Position numbers and translations under genes: made by a program
Part shown: positions 32,373 to 41,899 of the stretch, piece after piece
How the letters are laid out: every line of letters begins with the position of its first letter
Position numbering within the stretch: the first letter of the stretch is position 1
Assembly (NCBI GenBank): GCA_018062445.1
Contig: JAGOSG010000002.1
Location: 60,674 to 124,673 of the forward strand
Length of the DNA: 64,000 bases
Direction: 5' to 3'
From: Minisyncoccota bacterium
GTDB lineage: Bacteria > Patescibacteriota > Minisyncoccia > Phycocordibacterales > Phycocordibacteraceae
Notes under the pieces: model-generated
Databases searched by the model: none
Seen by the model: the letters and a program-made list of their open reading frames with translations, nothing else
What the model was told of the DNA's origin: nothing

Positions 32373-33257
32373 AGATACAATAATAATTTTCTAATTTTTG
32401 ACGCCACACTCATTCACGCTTGAATTAAATAAAACGCGAGAATCAGTGGTGCGGGTGCGTGGACGCAAATCATTCGTTCGACCGAATAACTCACGACCCG
32501 CCGCATACCTGTTAATAAGTACGACTAAGAGTCGTCCTTTCTACCGTCGCTCGTTCGGAAGAGAAATAAAATTTCTCTTCCCTCACTCGCTAGGTAGTAA
32601 GCATAACGAGATGTCACACTCTCTGTCATTTCTTGTTCGGGAAAGAAATAGAATTTCTTTCTACTCACTTGAATGACAGCAAAGAACAACTAATTTTCTG
32701 TCTTCCGTAATTGAATCTAGAAAAATTTTCTAAACTTTTTTCAGAAGACAGCACAACTAAATTCCATCAACCCGTTCGCATTATTTCTAATGTAAACGGG
32801 ACCAATGGTAAGAAGAAAAAATGGTCATGCAGGATATAGCCGTGGTGGGATAGTGCTTCCTTACAGTGATGTACGCATGCTTCATTTATTACAACGAAAC
32901 CAAGGCGCACGCTTGAGATGTATTCCGGATATGAAAGATGTCAAAGTTCTGTTCGACCGGAAGCGCGCCACAACAACGCGCAACCGAACACCCAGTACGG
33001 GAGTTCACTTATTATACGTGCCCGCCCCGCTCTACATATTAGAACAGAGGGTTTGTATATGTGGACAACATAGACAACAAAAAGCCCGTTTCCGGGTTTG
33101 TTGCTGTCTATAGGATCATGCCATCCACAAATGAAATACTATCTGAAATAAGGCTCAAAAGCAAGAGAGCAGGGGTTAGCCAATAGCCACTAGGGTGTAG
33201 GGTATAGGGAGCTCCCCTAATGACTAAACCCTAGTGGCTATACCCTTACAGAAAAGC
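32373..33257. other. 885-bp noncoding region with repeated hairpin modules; candidate ncRNA(s) and promoter of the surface-protein gene
   Basis: No credible ORF (32398-32676 and 32805-33113 have non-protein-like composition). Contains GGAAGAGAAATAAAATTTCTCTTCCCTCACTCGCT (about 32548-32590) and its variant GGGAAAGAAATAGAATTTCTTTCTACTCAC (about 32640-32670), both similar to 9419-9465 upstream of the 16S; plus GCCACTAGGG...CCCTAGTGGC palindrome at 33171-33246. Confidence 0.3.
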
Positions 33258-33274
33258 TTACGCTTTTCTGTAAG
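33245..33274 (-). terminator. hairpin overlapping the stop codon of the 33258-34139 gene
   Basis: CTTACAGAAAAGcttacgCTTTTCTGTAAG (12-bp stem). Confidence 0.45.
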
Positions 33275-34139
33275 TACTCCATCTGCGCTCCCCTTCCTTT
33301 ATAAGGGTGCCTGACTGAACAAGAGACAGAAGCTCCCGCTGCACTGTCTTTTCGCTACAACCAACGACTGATGCGGTGATGTCCTTTATAGAAAGTTTTT
33401 CTTTATTTTTGAAAACAGCGAGCACTAAATCCCTTCTATCGGACTGTCTTTTTTGAGGGGCGATTCTCAAAGTATTGTTTTTTATTCTGAGAGAATCTAA
33501 AGGACTTTTTGTAACATGTCCTATAGAAAAACTATTCGGAGCCTCTAGGTCAGAGAGGGCTTCCTCTATACGACCAACATGTTCAGAAATCTTCTCTTGA
33601 TTGTCTCGGACAAAAGAAGCGAGTGAGGCATATTCATCTCCTATAAGTTTTGCGTTCATTGCCGATATCAACCCGCCCGCTTTTGCGGTCTCAAGTATTG
33701 CACCTATCTCCATACAACGAGCGCCAAAAGACTCTATGCTAGCGCCGTGAAGTTTTGCCTGATCTGTCGATCGATTAAGAAGGTCAAGCGCACACGAACG
33801 GAGACGCCCTCGTGCAGGTTCATCGGGAGACAAGAAGCCAGTAATTACATATAGGGCGGAGGCCAGTCTCTCAGACTTTTTAACAACAAAAGCATGATGT
33901 CCATTAGACAAAAGGTGTCCCAAATGGAAAGAAGCGCTTACACTGAGCGTTTTCTTATTTGTCTGATTACCTTGATTGTCTTTTATACTATCGGACATGT
34001 ATGAAACGCTATCGGTCTTTAATTTCAAGGTCATTTTACCTCTAAGACCTTGTCCTTTGCAACCTCCGAGGTAAAAAACAAGAAACAAATTCCAAGTACC
34101 AAAAAGAAAGAGACTTGCGGGCAAGGCACCCAGACTCAA
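33258..34139 (-). CDS. hypothetical protein with C-terminal helix-turn-helix (winged-helix) domain; N-terminal extent uncertain
   Basis: C-terminus ...LSIKDITASVVGCSEKTVQRELLSLVQSGTLIKEGERRWSTYRK is HTH-like; first about 30 codons (MSLGALPASLFLF...) may be upstream of the real start. Confidence 0.4.
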   Translation of the reverse strand: MSLGALPASLFLFGTWNLFLVFYLGGCKGQGLRGKMTLKLKTDSVSYMSDSIKDNQGNQTNKKTLSVSASFHLGHLLSNGHHAFVVKKSERLASALYVITGFLSPDEPARGRLRSCALDLLNRSTDQAKLHGASIESFGARCMEIGAILETAKAGGLISAMNAKLIGDEYASLASFVRDNQEKISEHVGRIEEALSDLEAPNSFSIGHVTKSPLDSLRIKNNTLRIAPQKRQSDRRDLVLAVFKNKEKLSIKDITASVVGCSEKTVQRELLSLVQSGTLIKEGERRWSTYRKA

Positions 34140-34317
34140 ATCCTAAGAAACAAAGACGAATGTAAAGAGCTAAGAAGTAAGCTCCGAGTTTCAAAATTCG
34201 ATCATGCCTGACGTCCTTAGTTCTCGGAATTTGGTTCTTGGTACTTCGTACTTATTTTAGAACTTAGTGTTTGAAATTTGATAATTTCTCTTTGAGATGC
34301 CGTGCTAAAATCCATCA

Positions 34318-36504
34318 ATGGCAAAGAAAAAAAGAGAGAGGAATAGTAAGAAAAAATCTGGTATTCCTACCCCTTCTCTTTCGCTCAATCTAAAACCAGA
34401 AACCACAAAGAGTATCTACGGTATCCTTGCCATGGTTGCGGCGGCACTCTTTCTGTTAGGCCCTCTTGGTAAAGGGGGGCCTGCTGGCAATTTTATCTAC
34501 GAAGCACTGAGTTCTTTTTTCGGCATCGGATACTTCCTTATTCCTGTTTCACTACTCCTCCTCGGTATCGGATTATTTCGACAACGAGAACATCCGGGCT
34601 TTGGTGGTACGCGAGTCTTTGGTGCATCGATTCTTTTTTTATCGGGCATTGCCATACTCTCACTTATTGATAACCACGGCGGACTTGCGGGACACTGGAT
34701 CGCCCTCCCTTTCACTTCACTTTTTGATATCACTCTCGCCTCTATCATTCTTGGAGGTATCGCCGTTGTAGGGACTCTTCTTGCTCTCGATACACCACTT
34801 GGTATCCCGCACTTTGCGATGCCGCAATTTCAATTGCCTTGGTCAAAGAAAATACTTGAAGACGCCTCCGAGAAGCCCGCTGATGATGATGACGAAATAA
34901 AAATAGCAACTCCTCAAAACGAGGAAGAAGAGAAACCAATACGAAAGGAGAAAATAAAAGAAAAGAAAATAGAAGCCGAGCCAGAGGCAAGCTTTGCCTT
35001 TGCGCCAATTGGGCAAGCATACAATCCTCCCCCACTTTCATTATTGGAACGAGACAAAGGGAAGCCCGACAATGGGGATATTAAAGCGAACGCGAATCTC
35101 ATTAAGCGAACACTCCAAAACTTCGGTATCACTGTAGAAATGGACGAGGTGTCTATTGGCCCTACCGTGACCCGCTATGCACTAAAACCTGCCGAAGGAG
35201 TTCGTCTACAAAAAATACTTTCTCTTCAAAACAATCTCGAGCTTGCACTCGCTGCACACCCTGTTCGTATTGAAGCCCCAATACCTGGAAAGTCTCTCGT
35301 CGGTATTGAAGTGCCTAACACTAAAAAATCAACGGTGGGCTTGGGGTCACTTCTTGGAGACACTAAGTTTGAGAGCGATAAACGACCTCTTATGGTTGCT
35401 CTTGGGCGTGACATCGCTGGCGCATCACATTTTGCAAACATCGGTAAGATGCCACACCTCCTCATTGCCGGTGCAACAGGTGCTGGCAAGTCAGTATCTA
35501 TACATGCACTCATCACCTCCCTTCTCTACAGAAATGGCCCTTCAGCACTTCGCTTCATCATGATTGATCCAAAGCGCGTGGAACTCACTCTCTACAACCC
35601 TATCCCCCATCTTCTTACGCCAGTCATTACCGACCCAAAGAAAGCAATCCTCTCTTTGAAGTGGGCAGCGAAAGAAATGGAACGACGCTACACGATTCTT
35701 GAGACGCACGCAGTCCGCGATGTGCAGTCGTACCACGAGAACATCGCATCAAAATGGAAGCCTTCGACGACTTCACCGCAGGGAGGCGACGAAATGCCCG
35801 ACCAAATGCCCTATATCGTGATTGTTGTCGATGAGCTTGCAGACATCATGCAAACATACCCACGAGAGCTCGAAGCTGCGATTGTGCGCCTTGCCCAGAT
35901 GAGTCGTGCTGTTGGTATCCACCTGATTCTTTCAACACAACGCCCCTCAGTAAATGTCATTACTGGGCTCATTAAGGCAAACGTACCTGCGCGTATCGCC
36001 TTGCAGGTGGCATCACAAATCGACTCACGCACCATTCTTGACGCAGCAGGCGCAGAAAAACTCCTCGGGGCTGGCGACATGCTCTTCCAGTCTGCTGATA
36101 TGTCAAAGCCACACCGTATCCAAACTGCCTTCATTTCTGAAAGTGAAGTAAAGACTGTTGTGGAATACATACGGAAACACAACGAGCCGTCACTCGACTC
36201 GATTACCCTCTCGAGCAATACACCAGACTCTCCAAATGCAATATTCTCAGCATCTTTGGAGGACGATGATGTCGATGACGACCTTTTTGCTGAAGCAAAA
36301 CAAATAGTAGAAGAAGCAGGTAAGGCATCAACATCATACCTACAAAGAAAACTCCGCATCGGCTATGCCCGCGCTGCGAGACTTATGGATATTCTGGAAG
36401 ACAAGGGCATCATAGGAGCAGCAGATGGTGCGAGACCTCGCGATGTCCTCACTACATCGGAAGGAGAAACAACTATGACTGAAGAAAACAATGGCACCGC
36501 GTAA
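34318..36504 (+). CDS. ftsK: DNA translocase FtsK/SpoIIIE
   Basis: 728 aa; N-terminal TM helices; Walker A LLIAGATGAGKS, Walker B IVIVVDELAD, ...HLILSTQRPSV..., gamma domain ...TSYLQRKLRIGYARAARLMDILEDKGII. Confidence 0.9.
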   Translation: MAKKKRERNSKKKSGIPTPSLSLNLKPETTKSIYGILAMVAAALFLLGPLGKGGPAGNFIYEALSSFFGIGYFLIPVSLLLLGIGLFRQREHPGFGGTRVFGASILFLSGIAILSLIDNHGGLAGHWIALPFTSLFDITLASIILGGIAVVGTLLALDTPLGIPHFAMPQFQLPWSKKILEDASEKPADDDDEIKIATPQNEEEEKPIRKEKIKEKKIEAEPEASFAFAPIGQAYNPPPLSLLERDKGKPDNGDIKANANLIKRTLQNFGITVEMDEVSIGPTVTRYALKPAEGVRLQKILSLQNNLELALAAHPVRIEAPIPGKSLVGIEVPNTKKSTVGLGSLLGDTKFESDKRPLMVALGRDIAGASHFANIGKMPHLLIAGATGAGKSVSIHALITSLLYRNGPSALRFIMIDPKRVELTLYNPIPHLLTPVITDPKKAILSLKWAAKEMERRYTILETHAVRDVQSYHENIASKWKPSTTSPQGGDEMPDQMPYIVIVVDELADIMQTYPRELEAAIVRLAQMSRAVGIHLILSTQRPSVNVITGLIKANVPARIALQVASQIDSRTILDAAGAEKLLGAGDMLFQSADMSKPHRIQTAFISESEVKTVVEYIRKHNEPSLDSITLSSNTPDSPNAIFSASLEDDDVDDDLFAEAKQIVEEAGKASTSYLQRKLRIGYARAARLMDILEDKGIIGAADGARPRDVLTTSEGETTMTEENNGTA

Positions 36505-36883
36505 ATTTATTGCATTCACTCCTAAACGCACCGCCCTTTTTATTGGCGGGGTCGCCCTTCTAATAATTCTAGGCTATAGCGCGTACGCAGCACTTCCACT
36601 CATTCAAGGACCCTCACTCACCGCTACGGCAACTATGGATACCGCTACCGTCTTAGTAAGTGGCATGACGCGCCGTGTTGCATTTTTAGAGGTAAACGGT
36701 GCGCCAGTTCCCCTGCAGGAAAACGGGAGTTTTTTGGCAAAGCGCGCATACCCTCCGGGGTATACTGCCATCACCGTAACGGCACGAGACCGTTTCGGCA
36801 AAGGCGTTACTAAGAAACTCTCGTTGCTTAGTCCAAAGCAAGAAAAACCCTCCAATACAAAAGAAGAAGCGCCTATTAATTAA
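36491..36883 (+). CDS. hypothetical membrane-anchored protein (130 aa)
   Basis: Overlaps the ftsK stop by 14 nt; one TM helix; no family recognised. Confidence 0.4.
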   Translation: MAPRKFIAFTPKRTALFIGGVALLIILGYSAYAALPLIQGPSLTATATMDTATVLVSGMTRRVAFLEVNGAPVPLQENGSFLAKRAYPPGYTAITVTARDRFGKGVTKKLSLLSPKQEKPSNTKEEAPIN

Positions 36884-36902
36884 AAGCGATAATCTGGTCA
36901 TC

Positions 36903-37961
36903 ATGGCAATAAAAAAGAAAGCAGAGAAAGTATCAAAGCCTCCCGTAACATCAAATCAAACAGGTGGTCAAACTATTTCTGATAGAAAAGCTGCAATCAG
37001 TGAAGCTATCGCGAGTATAAAAACAAAATTCGGTGATGAATCAATTACAACTCTTGGTGCGAAACCAAAAGTTGGTGTTGATGCCATCCCTACAGGCTCC
37101 ATTGGGCTCGACTGGGCGCTCGGCATCGGCGGAGTCCCCCGAGGTCGCATCATAGAAATTTTTGGACCTGAATCATCAGGAAAAACAACTCTTTCACTGC
37201 ACATCATTGCAGAGGCACAGAAAAAAGGTGGGATTTGTGCATTCATTGACGCAGAGCACGCGCTCGACCCAGAGTATGCAAAAGTTCTTGGCGTTAAGAT
37301 TGAAGACCTCCTCGTGTCGCAACCTGACACTGGTGAGCAATCACTTGAAATTACCGAGAGCTTGGTGCGCTCAGGAAAGATAGATGTAGTAGTGGTTGAC
37401 TCTGTTGCAGCACTCACACCAAAAGACGAAATCGAAGGAGAGATGGGTCAACAGCACATGGGTAAACAGGCTAGGCTTATGTCTCAAGCTCTACGTAAGC
37501 TCACTGCAATCGTTGCCAAATCAAAGACGACTGTCATTTTCATCAACCAGATACGCATGCAAATTGGCGTTATGTTTGGCAACCCAGAAACAACCCCAGG
37601 AGGAAAGGCGTTGAAATTCTACACATCGGTACGCCTCGACATTCGTCGCATTGCTCAAATTAAAAAGGGCGAGGAAATTGTTGGTGGTCGTGTACGAGTG
37701 AAAGTGGTAAAAAATAAAATTGCTGCGCCATTTAAAGTGACCGAATTTGACCTCATGTACAACGAAGGCATTTCTCGTGAAGGAGAGCTCATTGCCTTGG
37801 GTGAAAAATTTGGCTTGGTTACAAAATCTGGTGCCTCATACAAGTACGGCGAGGAGTCATTGGGTCGTGGCTATGATGCAACACGAACCTTTCTCAAAGA
37901 AAACCCAAAAATAGCAGGAGAAATTCTTAAAGCAATTCGTGCAAAGTTCTTGGAAGCATAG
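36903..37961 (+). CDS. recA: recombinase RecA
   Basis: 352 aa; [16 protein letters not shown] (Walker A), ...[19 protein letters not shown]..., ...[23 protein letters not shown].... Confidence 0.95.
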   Translation: MAIKKKAEKVSKPPVTSNQTGGQTISDRKAAISEAIASIKTKFGDESITTLGAKPKVGVDAIPTGSIGLDWALGIGGVPRGRIIEIFGPESSGKTTLSLHIIAEAQKKGGICAFIDAEHALDPEYAKVLGVKIEDLLVSQPDTGEQSLEITESLVRSGKIDVVVVDSVAALTPKDEIEGEMGQQHMGKQARLMSQALRKLTAIVAKSKTTVIFINQIRMQIGVMFGNPETTPGGKALKFYTSVRLDIRRIAQIKKGEEIVGGRVRVKVVKNKIAAPFKVTEFDLMYNEGISREGELIALGEKFGLVTKSGASYKYGEESLGRGYDATRTFLKENPKIAGEILKAIRAKFLEA

Positions 37962-37992
37962 CCCCCCCTAAAGAGGTACGGTGAAGTGTCGA

Positions 37993-38319
37993 TTACTGCA
38001 CTGAAAGTTGTGTATTCCCTGCTCGACGCACCACATCAACTCCAATCCACGCAGTAAGCAAAACGGCAACGAGAACGCAGAGCTGGACAACAAGCGTTGT
38101 CCCAACAATTGCCCCAACAGTGAAGTTTATAAATCCAGGAATATCCTGCACATTGAGGACATTTTGTATGACATTCGGCAGTGACACCGATGCGGCAACC
38201 GCAAAAAAGACCGTAGCAAGGACGGCGAAGCGAACCATTGGACTCGTAAGTTGGCGCACGATGTACACGCCATACACACGGCGCATAATTCTATTTCTCA
38301 ACTCTTGTTCTCTATCCAT
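37993..38319 (-). CDS. small membrane protein, putative anti-sigma factor partner of the upstream ECF sigma
   Basis: 108 aa; 2-3 TM helices; directly downstream of (co-directional with) the sigma-factor gene. Confidence 0.35.
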   Translation of the reverse strand: MDREQELRNRIMRRVYGVYIVRQLTSPMVRFAVLATVFFAVAASVSLPNVIQNVLNVQDIPGFINFTVGAIVGTTLVVQLCVLVAVLLTAWIGVDVVRRAGNTQLSVQ

Positions 38320-38339
38320 ATATAAAAATAGTTACTAAA

Positions 38340-38969
38340 TTATTCTACCGAACCCATACTTTCTCTGAGTACTGCTTTTGCACGGTGCACCCTCGTTTTT
38401 ACCGCAGGAACACTTGTACCCAATTTCTCTGCTATCTCCGCATACGGCAATCCTTCAATAAAAGCGAGCTTGAGAATTTCAGCAACATGCTCTGGAACTT
38501 TGGAAAGCCCCTTCTCTATTACTTCCCTCGCGTACTCTTGGTGACCCTCTTTTGCATGAATTGATGGATCGGCAAGAGATTCATAGTGTTCGGAGGTTAA
38601 TTCTGCAAAACTTTCTCTACCACGAGCAATTTTACGATAGTGAGTTCGCGCAACATTCATAAGGATAGTAAGTGACCATGCACGAAACGAACCCGACTCT
38701 CCCTTGAAGCGCGGGGCAAAACGGTACACGCGAATGAATGCTTCTTGCACTACATCTTCAGCGGCATCCCGACTACCAACGATCCCCTGAACTCTGCTTA
38801 AAAATTGCGACTGATAGCGAGCAACAAGAATCTCAAATGCGCTCGGGTTTGATAGCGAGCGTGCAAGGAGTGCCTCATCGGGCATACTCATAAGTTCATC
38901 CATACTGCGTATACTAAACCCTACGGGAGCAGTTTGAGCAATAGCAGTTACTTTTGGTATAGTACTCAT
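38340..38969 (-). CDS. RNA polymerase sigma-70 family factor, ECF-type
   Basis: 209 aa; region 2 ...FEILVARYQSQFLSRVQGIVGSRDAAEDVVQEAFIRVY..., region 4 ...LKLAFIEGLPYAEIAEKLGTSVPAVKTRVHRAKAVL. Confidence 0.8.
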   Translation of the reverse strand: MSTIPKVTAIAQTAPVGFSIRSMDELMSMPDEALLARSLSNPSAFEILVARYQSQFLSRVQGIVGSRDAAEDVVQEAFIRVYRFAPRFKGESGSFRAWSLTILMNVARTHYRKIARGRESFAELTSEHYESLADPSIHAKEGHQEYAREVIEKGLSKVPEHVAEILKLAFIEGLPYAEIAEKLGTSVPAVKTRVHRAKAVLRESMGSVE

Positions 38970-39081
38970 TGTTAGACGCTTCGGCGCCTTTATTAATACT
39001 TATTGAGAAGCTTTCAGGTTTCAGCTGTCAGGTGCCAGCTTCGGAGTTTGAAACAAACTTAAACGCTATAATTTAACCCTC

Positions 39082-39657
39082 ATGTCTGTACTTTCATACA
39101 ACGAAATCATTCCTAAGAAAATAATTGTCCACGAAGGACAGCCTTTTGAAGTACTTTCTTCGCACGTATTTCGCAAACAACAACGAAAGCCTGTAAATCA
39201 AACAAAACTCAGAAACTTGAAAACTGGGAAAGTGCTTGAAATATCATTTCACCAAGCGGAAACCGTACTGGAAGCAGACATGGAAAAGCGCTCAGCAAAA
39301 TTCATATACAAAAATCGTGGTGAAGCGTGGTTTACCGATCCAGAAAATCCAAAAGATCGTTTTGTGGTAACCGAGGGGATTCTTGGAGAAAACGGGCAGT
39401 ATCTGAAGCCTGATTTGCTCGTGGAGCTATTGGTATGGAATGAAGAAATCATTGGCGCGAGGTTACCAATAAAAATGGAATTCAAAGTGGTTGAGGCTCC
39501 CCCATCAGTCAAAGGCAATACTGCGCAAGGTGGTACAAAACTAGTAACACTCGAAGGTGGAGCAACGGTAAATGTTCCGATGTTCATCAACGAAGGTGAT
39601 ATTGTGCGCATCAATACCGAGACTGGAGAATACAATGAAAGAGTTGAGAAAGCATAA
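39082..39657 (+). CDS. efp: elongation factor P
   Basis: 191 aa; KOW-like N-domain; C-terminal ...GGTKLVTLEGGATVNVPMFINEGDIVRINTETGEY; tip-loop region reads FRKQQRKPVNQTKLRNL. Confidence 0.85.
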   Translation: MSVLSYNEIIPKKIIVHEGQPFEVLSSHVFRKQQRKPVNQTKLRNLKTGKVLEISFHQAETVLEADMEKRSAKFIYKNRGEAWFTDPENPKDRFVVTEGILGENGQYLKPDLLVELLVWNEEIIGARLPIKMEFKVVEAPPSVKGNTAQGGTKLVTLEGGATVNVPMFINEGDIVRINTETGEYNERVEKA

Positions 39658-39700
39658 ATTAGCTTTCAGATGCCAGCTGTCAGGTTTCAGCTTTTAAATA

Positions 39701-39728
39701 AAAATCCCTCTGACGAGGGATTTTTTAG
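39701..39728. terminator. bidirectional intrinsic terminator between efp and rpsR
   Basis: aaaAATCCCTCtgacGAGGGATTtttt. Confidence 0.6.
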
Positions 39729-39782
39729 TTTGGATGCTTATTGTGCGATGTATGGCTAAACGCTTTGCGTCGCCCGATTGCT

Positions 39783-39965
39783 CTACTGAGCAATATAGGG
39801 GAGAAGTCCCATGAACCTTGCGTGTTTGATAGCTTTCTCAATCTTTCGCTGATGGCTTGCTGGCATGCTGGTTCGGCGAGCGCCTTGAATACGAGCATGT
39901 GGTGTAATAAACCCTTTAAGGTATTGGGTGTTCTTGTAATCAACGTATTTTGGAAGTGAAGACAT
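39783..39965 (-). CDS. rpsR: 30S ribosomal protein S18
   Basis: 60 aa; ...YKNTQYLKGFITPHARIQGARRTSMPASHQRKIEKAIKHARFMGLLPY. Confidence 0.85.
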   Translation of the reverse strand: MSSLPKYVDYKNTQYLKGFITPHARIQGARRTSMPASHQRKIEKAIKHARFMGLLPYIAQ

Positions 39966-39980
39966 AATTTTTATTGTTAT

Positions 39981-40433
39981 TTAAAATGGAATATCGTCAG
40001 GGCTTATTTCTTCGGCAGGATACTCGATATCGGGACCTTTGTCACTCCCTGCCTTACCAGGCTTCATTGGAGCGCCGTCACCGCGCACTTCGTCGCTTCC
40101 CCCGCCTCCGGTCTTCGAGCCAAACTGAACGCGCTCTGCAACAATTTCTGTTCGATACTGCTTTGCGCCATCTTTGTCCCAAGAACGAGTCTGAAGTCGG
40201 CCTTCAACCAAAACTTGCTGACCTTTTTTCAAGTACTGAGCACAGGTTTCTGCCTGACGACCAAACACAACAATGTTATGAAACTCTGTTGCCTCTTTCT
40301 TCTCACCATTCTGATCTTTCCATGTACGATTTGTTGCAACACCGAAGGAAGAAACATTCGCACCAGATGGGAGCGCTTTTAACTCTGGGTCGCGAGTGAG
40401 GTTTCCTGCAATGAAAACTTTATTGAGATACAT
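39981..40433 (-). CDS. ssb: single-stranded DNA-binding protein
   Basis: 150 aa; OB-fold N-terminus (VFIAGNLTRDPELK...WHNIVVFGRQAE), Gly-rich tail ending ...DDIPF. Confidence 0.9.
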   Translation of the reverse strand: MYLNKVFIAGNLTRDPELKALPSGANVSSFGVATNRTWKDQNGEKKEATEFHNIVVFGRQAETCAQYLKKGQQVLVEGRLQTRSWDKDGAKQYRTEIVAERVQFGSKTGGGGSDEVRGDGAPMKPGKAGSDKGPDIEYPAEEISPDDIPF

Positions 40434-40480
40434 GTGAGTGAGTTTCGGGTAACAGGTTTCAGTTAAACATCTAACAAGAA

Positions 40481-41050
40481 CTACTCAGCAACCTTTGCGT
40501 CTTCTGTAGCAATACTTTCAAGAGCTTGATCGAGGGCGACCTCAGACATTTCGCCTCCCACTTCAGCCTCTCGTTTTGGCTTATCAATAGAGCCTGATGG
40601 GCCTACAACTGCACCACTCAAAGCTGCTGCTACCGCCTCTCTGTCGGTTACTACGATGAGTGAGCGGAGGATTGATGGGTTTGCATCCAATGCTATTTTT
40701 ATGCGAGCAATTGCTTCACGAGGAGCCTCAAAAGCCATCCAGCCAAAGTATGCGCCGTTAAAATTCGTCAATTTACCGTTTACACGCTTTGCGATTGTGT
40801 ATGCGAGAGCAATGTTTGAAGGAAATCTGTCCCCGACAAAAGTAACACCCTCTCCCTTGAGAGTTTCCATAATCCCCTGAACCGCTACCGTAACTTCCTC
40901 CTCAGAGAGCGTTGGCAACAGGTGATAGCCTACTTCATAGACATTTGTGCGGACATCATCTCCTTCATCTGAAAGAGCTGGAACTCCAGCCAAATCTTCT
41001 TCCAATATCTTTGTTTCCATTGTCCGAAGAGCGTACCATGGCTCGCCCAT
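40481..41050 (-). CDS. rpsF: 30S ribosomal protein S6 (with N- and C-terminal extensions)
   Basis: Core ...NVYEVGYHLLPTLSEEEV...GWMAFEAPREAIARIKIALDANPSILRSLIV matches the S6 fold; gene order rpsF-ssb-rpsR. Confidence 0.7.
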   Translation of the reverse strand: MGEPWYALRTMETKILEEDLAGVPALSDEGDDVRTNVYEVGYHLLPTLSEEEVTVAVQGIMETLKGEGVTFVGDRFPSNIALAYTIAKRVNGKLTNFNGAYFGWMAFEAPREAIARIKIALDANPSILRSLIVVTDREAVAAALSGAVVGPSGSIDKPKREAEVGGEMSEVALDQALESIATEDAKVAE

Positions 41051-41092
41051 TGAGGCAAACGAGGACAGCTTCTAGGTTCAAGGTTCTAGGTG

Positions 41093-41899
41093 CTAGCTAG
41101 GAATACTGAAAAGCCGAAGGGCGTTTTGGACGGTAGCCTCTCTGGCTACCTCTTCTGAAATGCCCCGAATTGAGGCAATAGCCCCAACAATGTACTTCAC
41201 ATATAAAGGCTCATTTCTTCTCCCTCTAAAAGGGTTCGGGGTGGCATAGGGGGCATCAGTTTCAGTCATGAGCATCTCGAGTGGTGCAAACTTCACCACC
41301 TCATCGTATTCGCGAGCAAAAGTGAGAACGCCCGTGAATGATGTTGTGAAGCCAATGTTGTAAAAACGCCTCGCTATGTCAACGGTACCCACAAAAAAAT
41401 GAATGTTCCCTCGGAGTTTTTCACCTACCTCTCTCTTTTTCGATTCCAAAATGGCAAGCATGTCGAGATACGTGTCGACAGTCCCTCGCGAAGGCCTGCC
41501 ATGAATCATTAATGGTTTGTCGTATTTAATTGCAAAATCAATATGCTTCTCAAACTCACGCATCTGGCGTTTCTTGGCGACAGCGATATCGCCCGTAATC
41601 CGAAAATAGTCGAGCCCACACTCTCCTACCCCGACAACCTTTGGATTTGAAACAAGTTCTTTGTATTCGCTCTCTGAAAAAGTTTCTGACTCAGTATCGT
41701 TAGGGTGAAGTCCGATCGTCGCAAAAAATCCTTCCTTCCCTTCTCCAAATTTAACCGCATCTTCTGATGTGGCTTTATTAACACCAACAGTAATAGTCCA
41801 TACAGACTCGTCACGCATACGTTGAAGCACCTCTTCGAGGTCTTGGTCGTAGTCCTTAAAAGTTATGTGAGAGTGGATGTCGAAATACTTCGGAATCAT
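41093..41899 (-). CDS. TatD-family metal-dependent hydrolase / DNase
   Basis: 268 aa; FDIHSHI..., ...GVGECGLDYF..., ...METDAPY TatD motifs. Confidence 0.8.
   Translation of the reverse strand: MIPKYFDIHSHITFKDYDQDLEEVLQRMRDESVWTITVGVNKATSEDAVKFGEGKEGFFATIGLHPNDTESETFSESEYKELVSNPKVVGVGECGLDYFRITGDIAVAKKRQMREFEKHIDFAIKYDKPLMIHGRPSRGTVDTYLDMLAILESKKREVGEKLRGNIHFFVGTVDIARRFYNIGFTTSFTGVLTFAREYDEVVKFAPLEMLMTETDAPYATPNPFRGRRNEPLYVKYIVGAIASIRGISEEVAREATVQNALRLFSIPS

Noticed and set aside
32398-33113. ORFs 32398-32676 (92 aa) and 32805-33113 (102 aa) as protein genes
   Set aside because: Arg/Cys/His-rich, no hydrophobic core pattern, and they sit in a region dominated by hairpin repeats; treated as noncoding.
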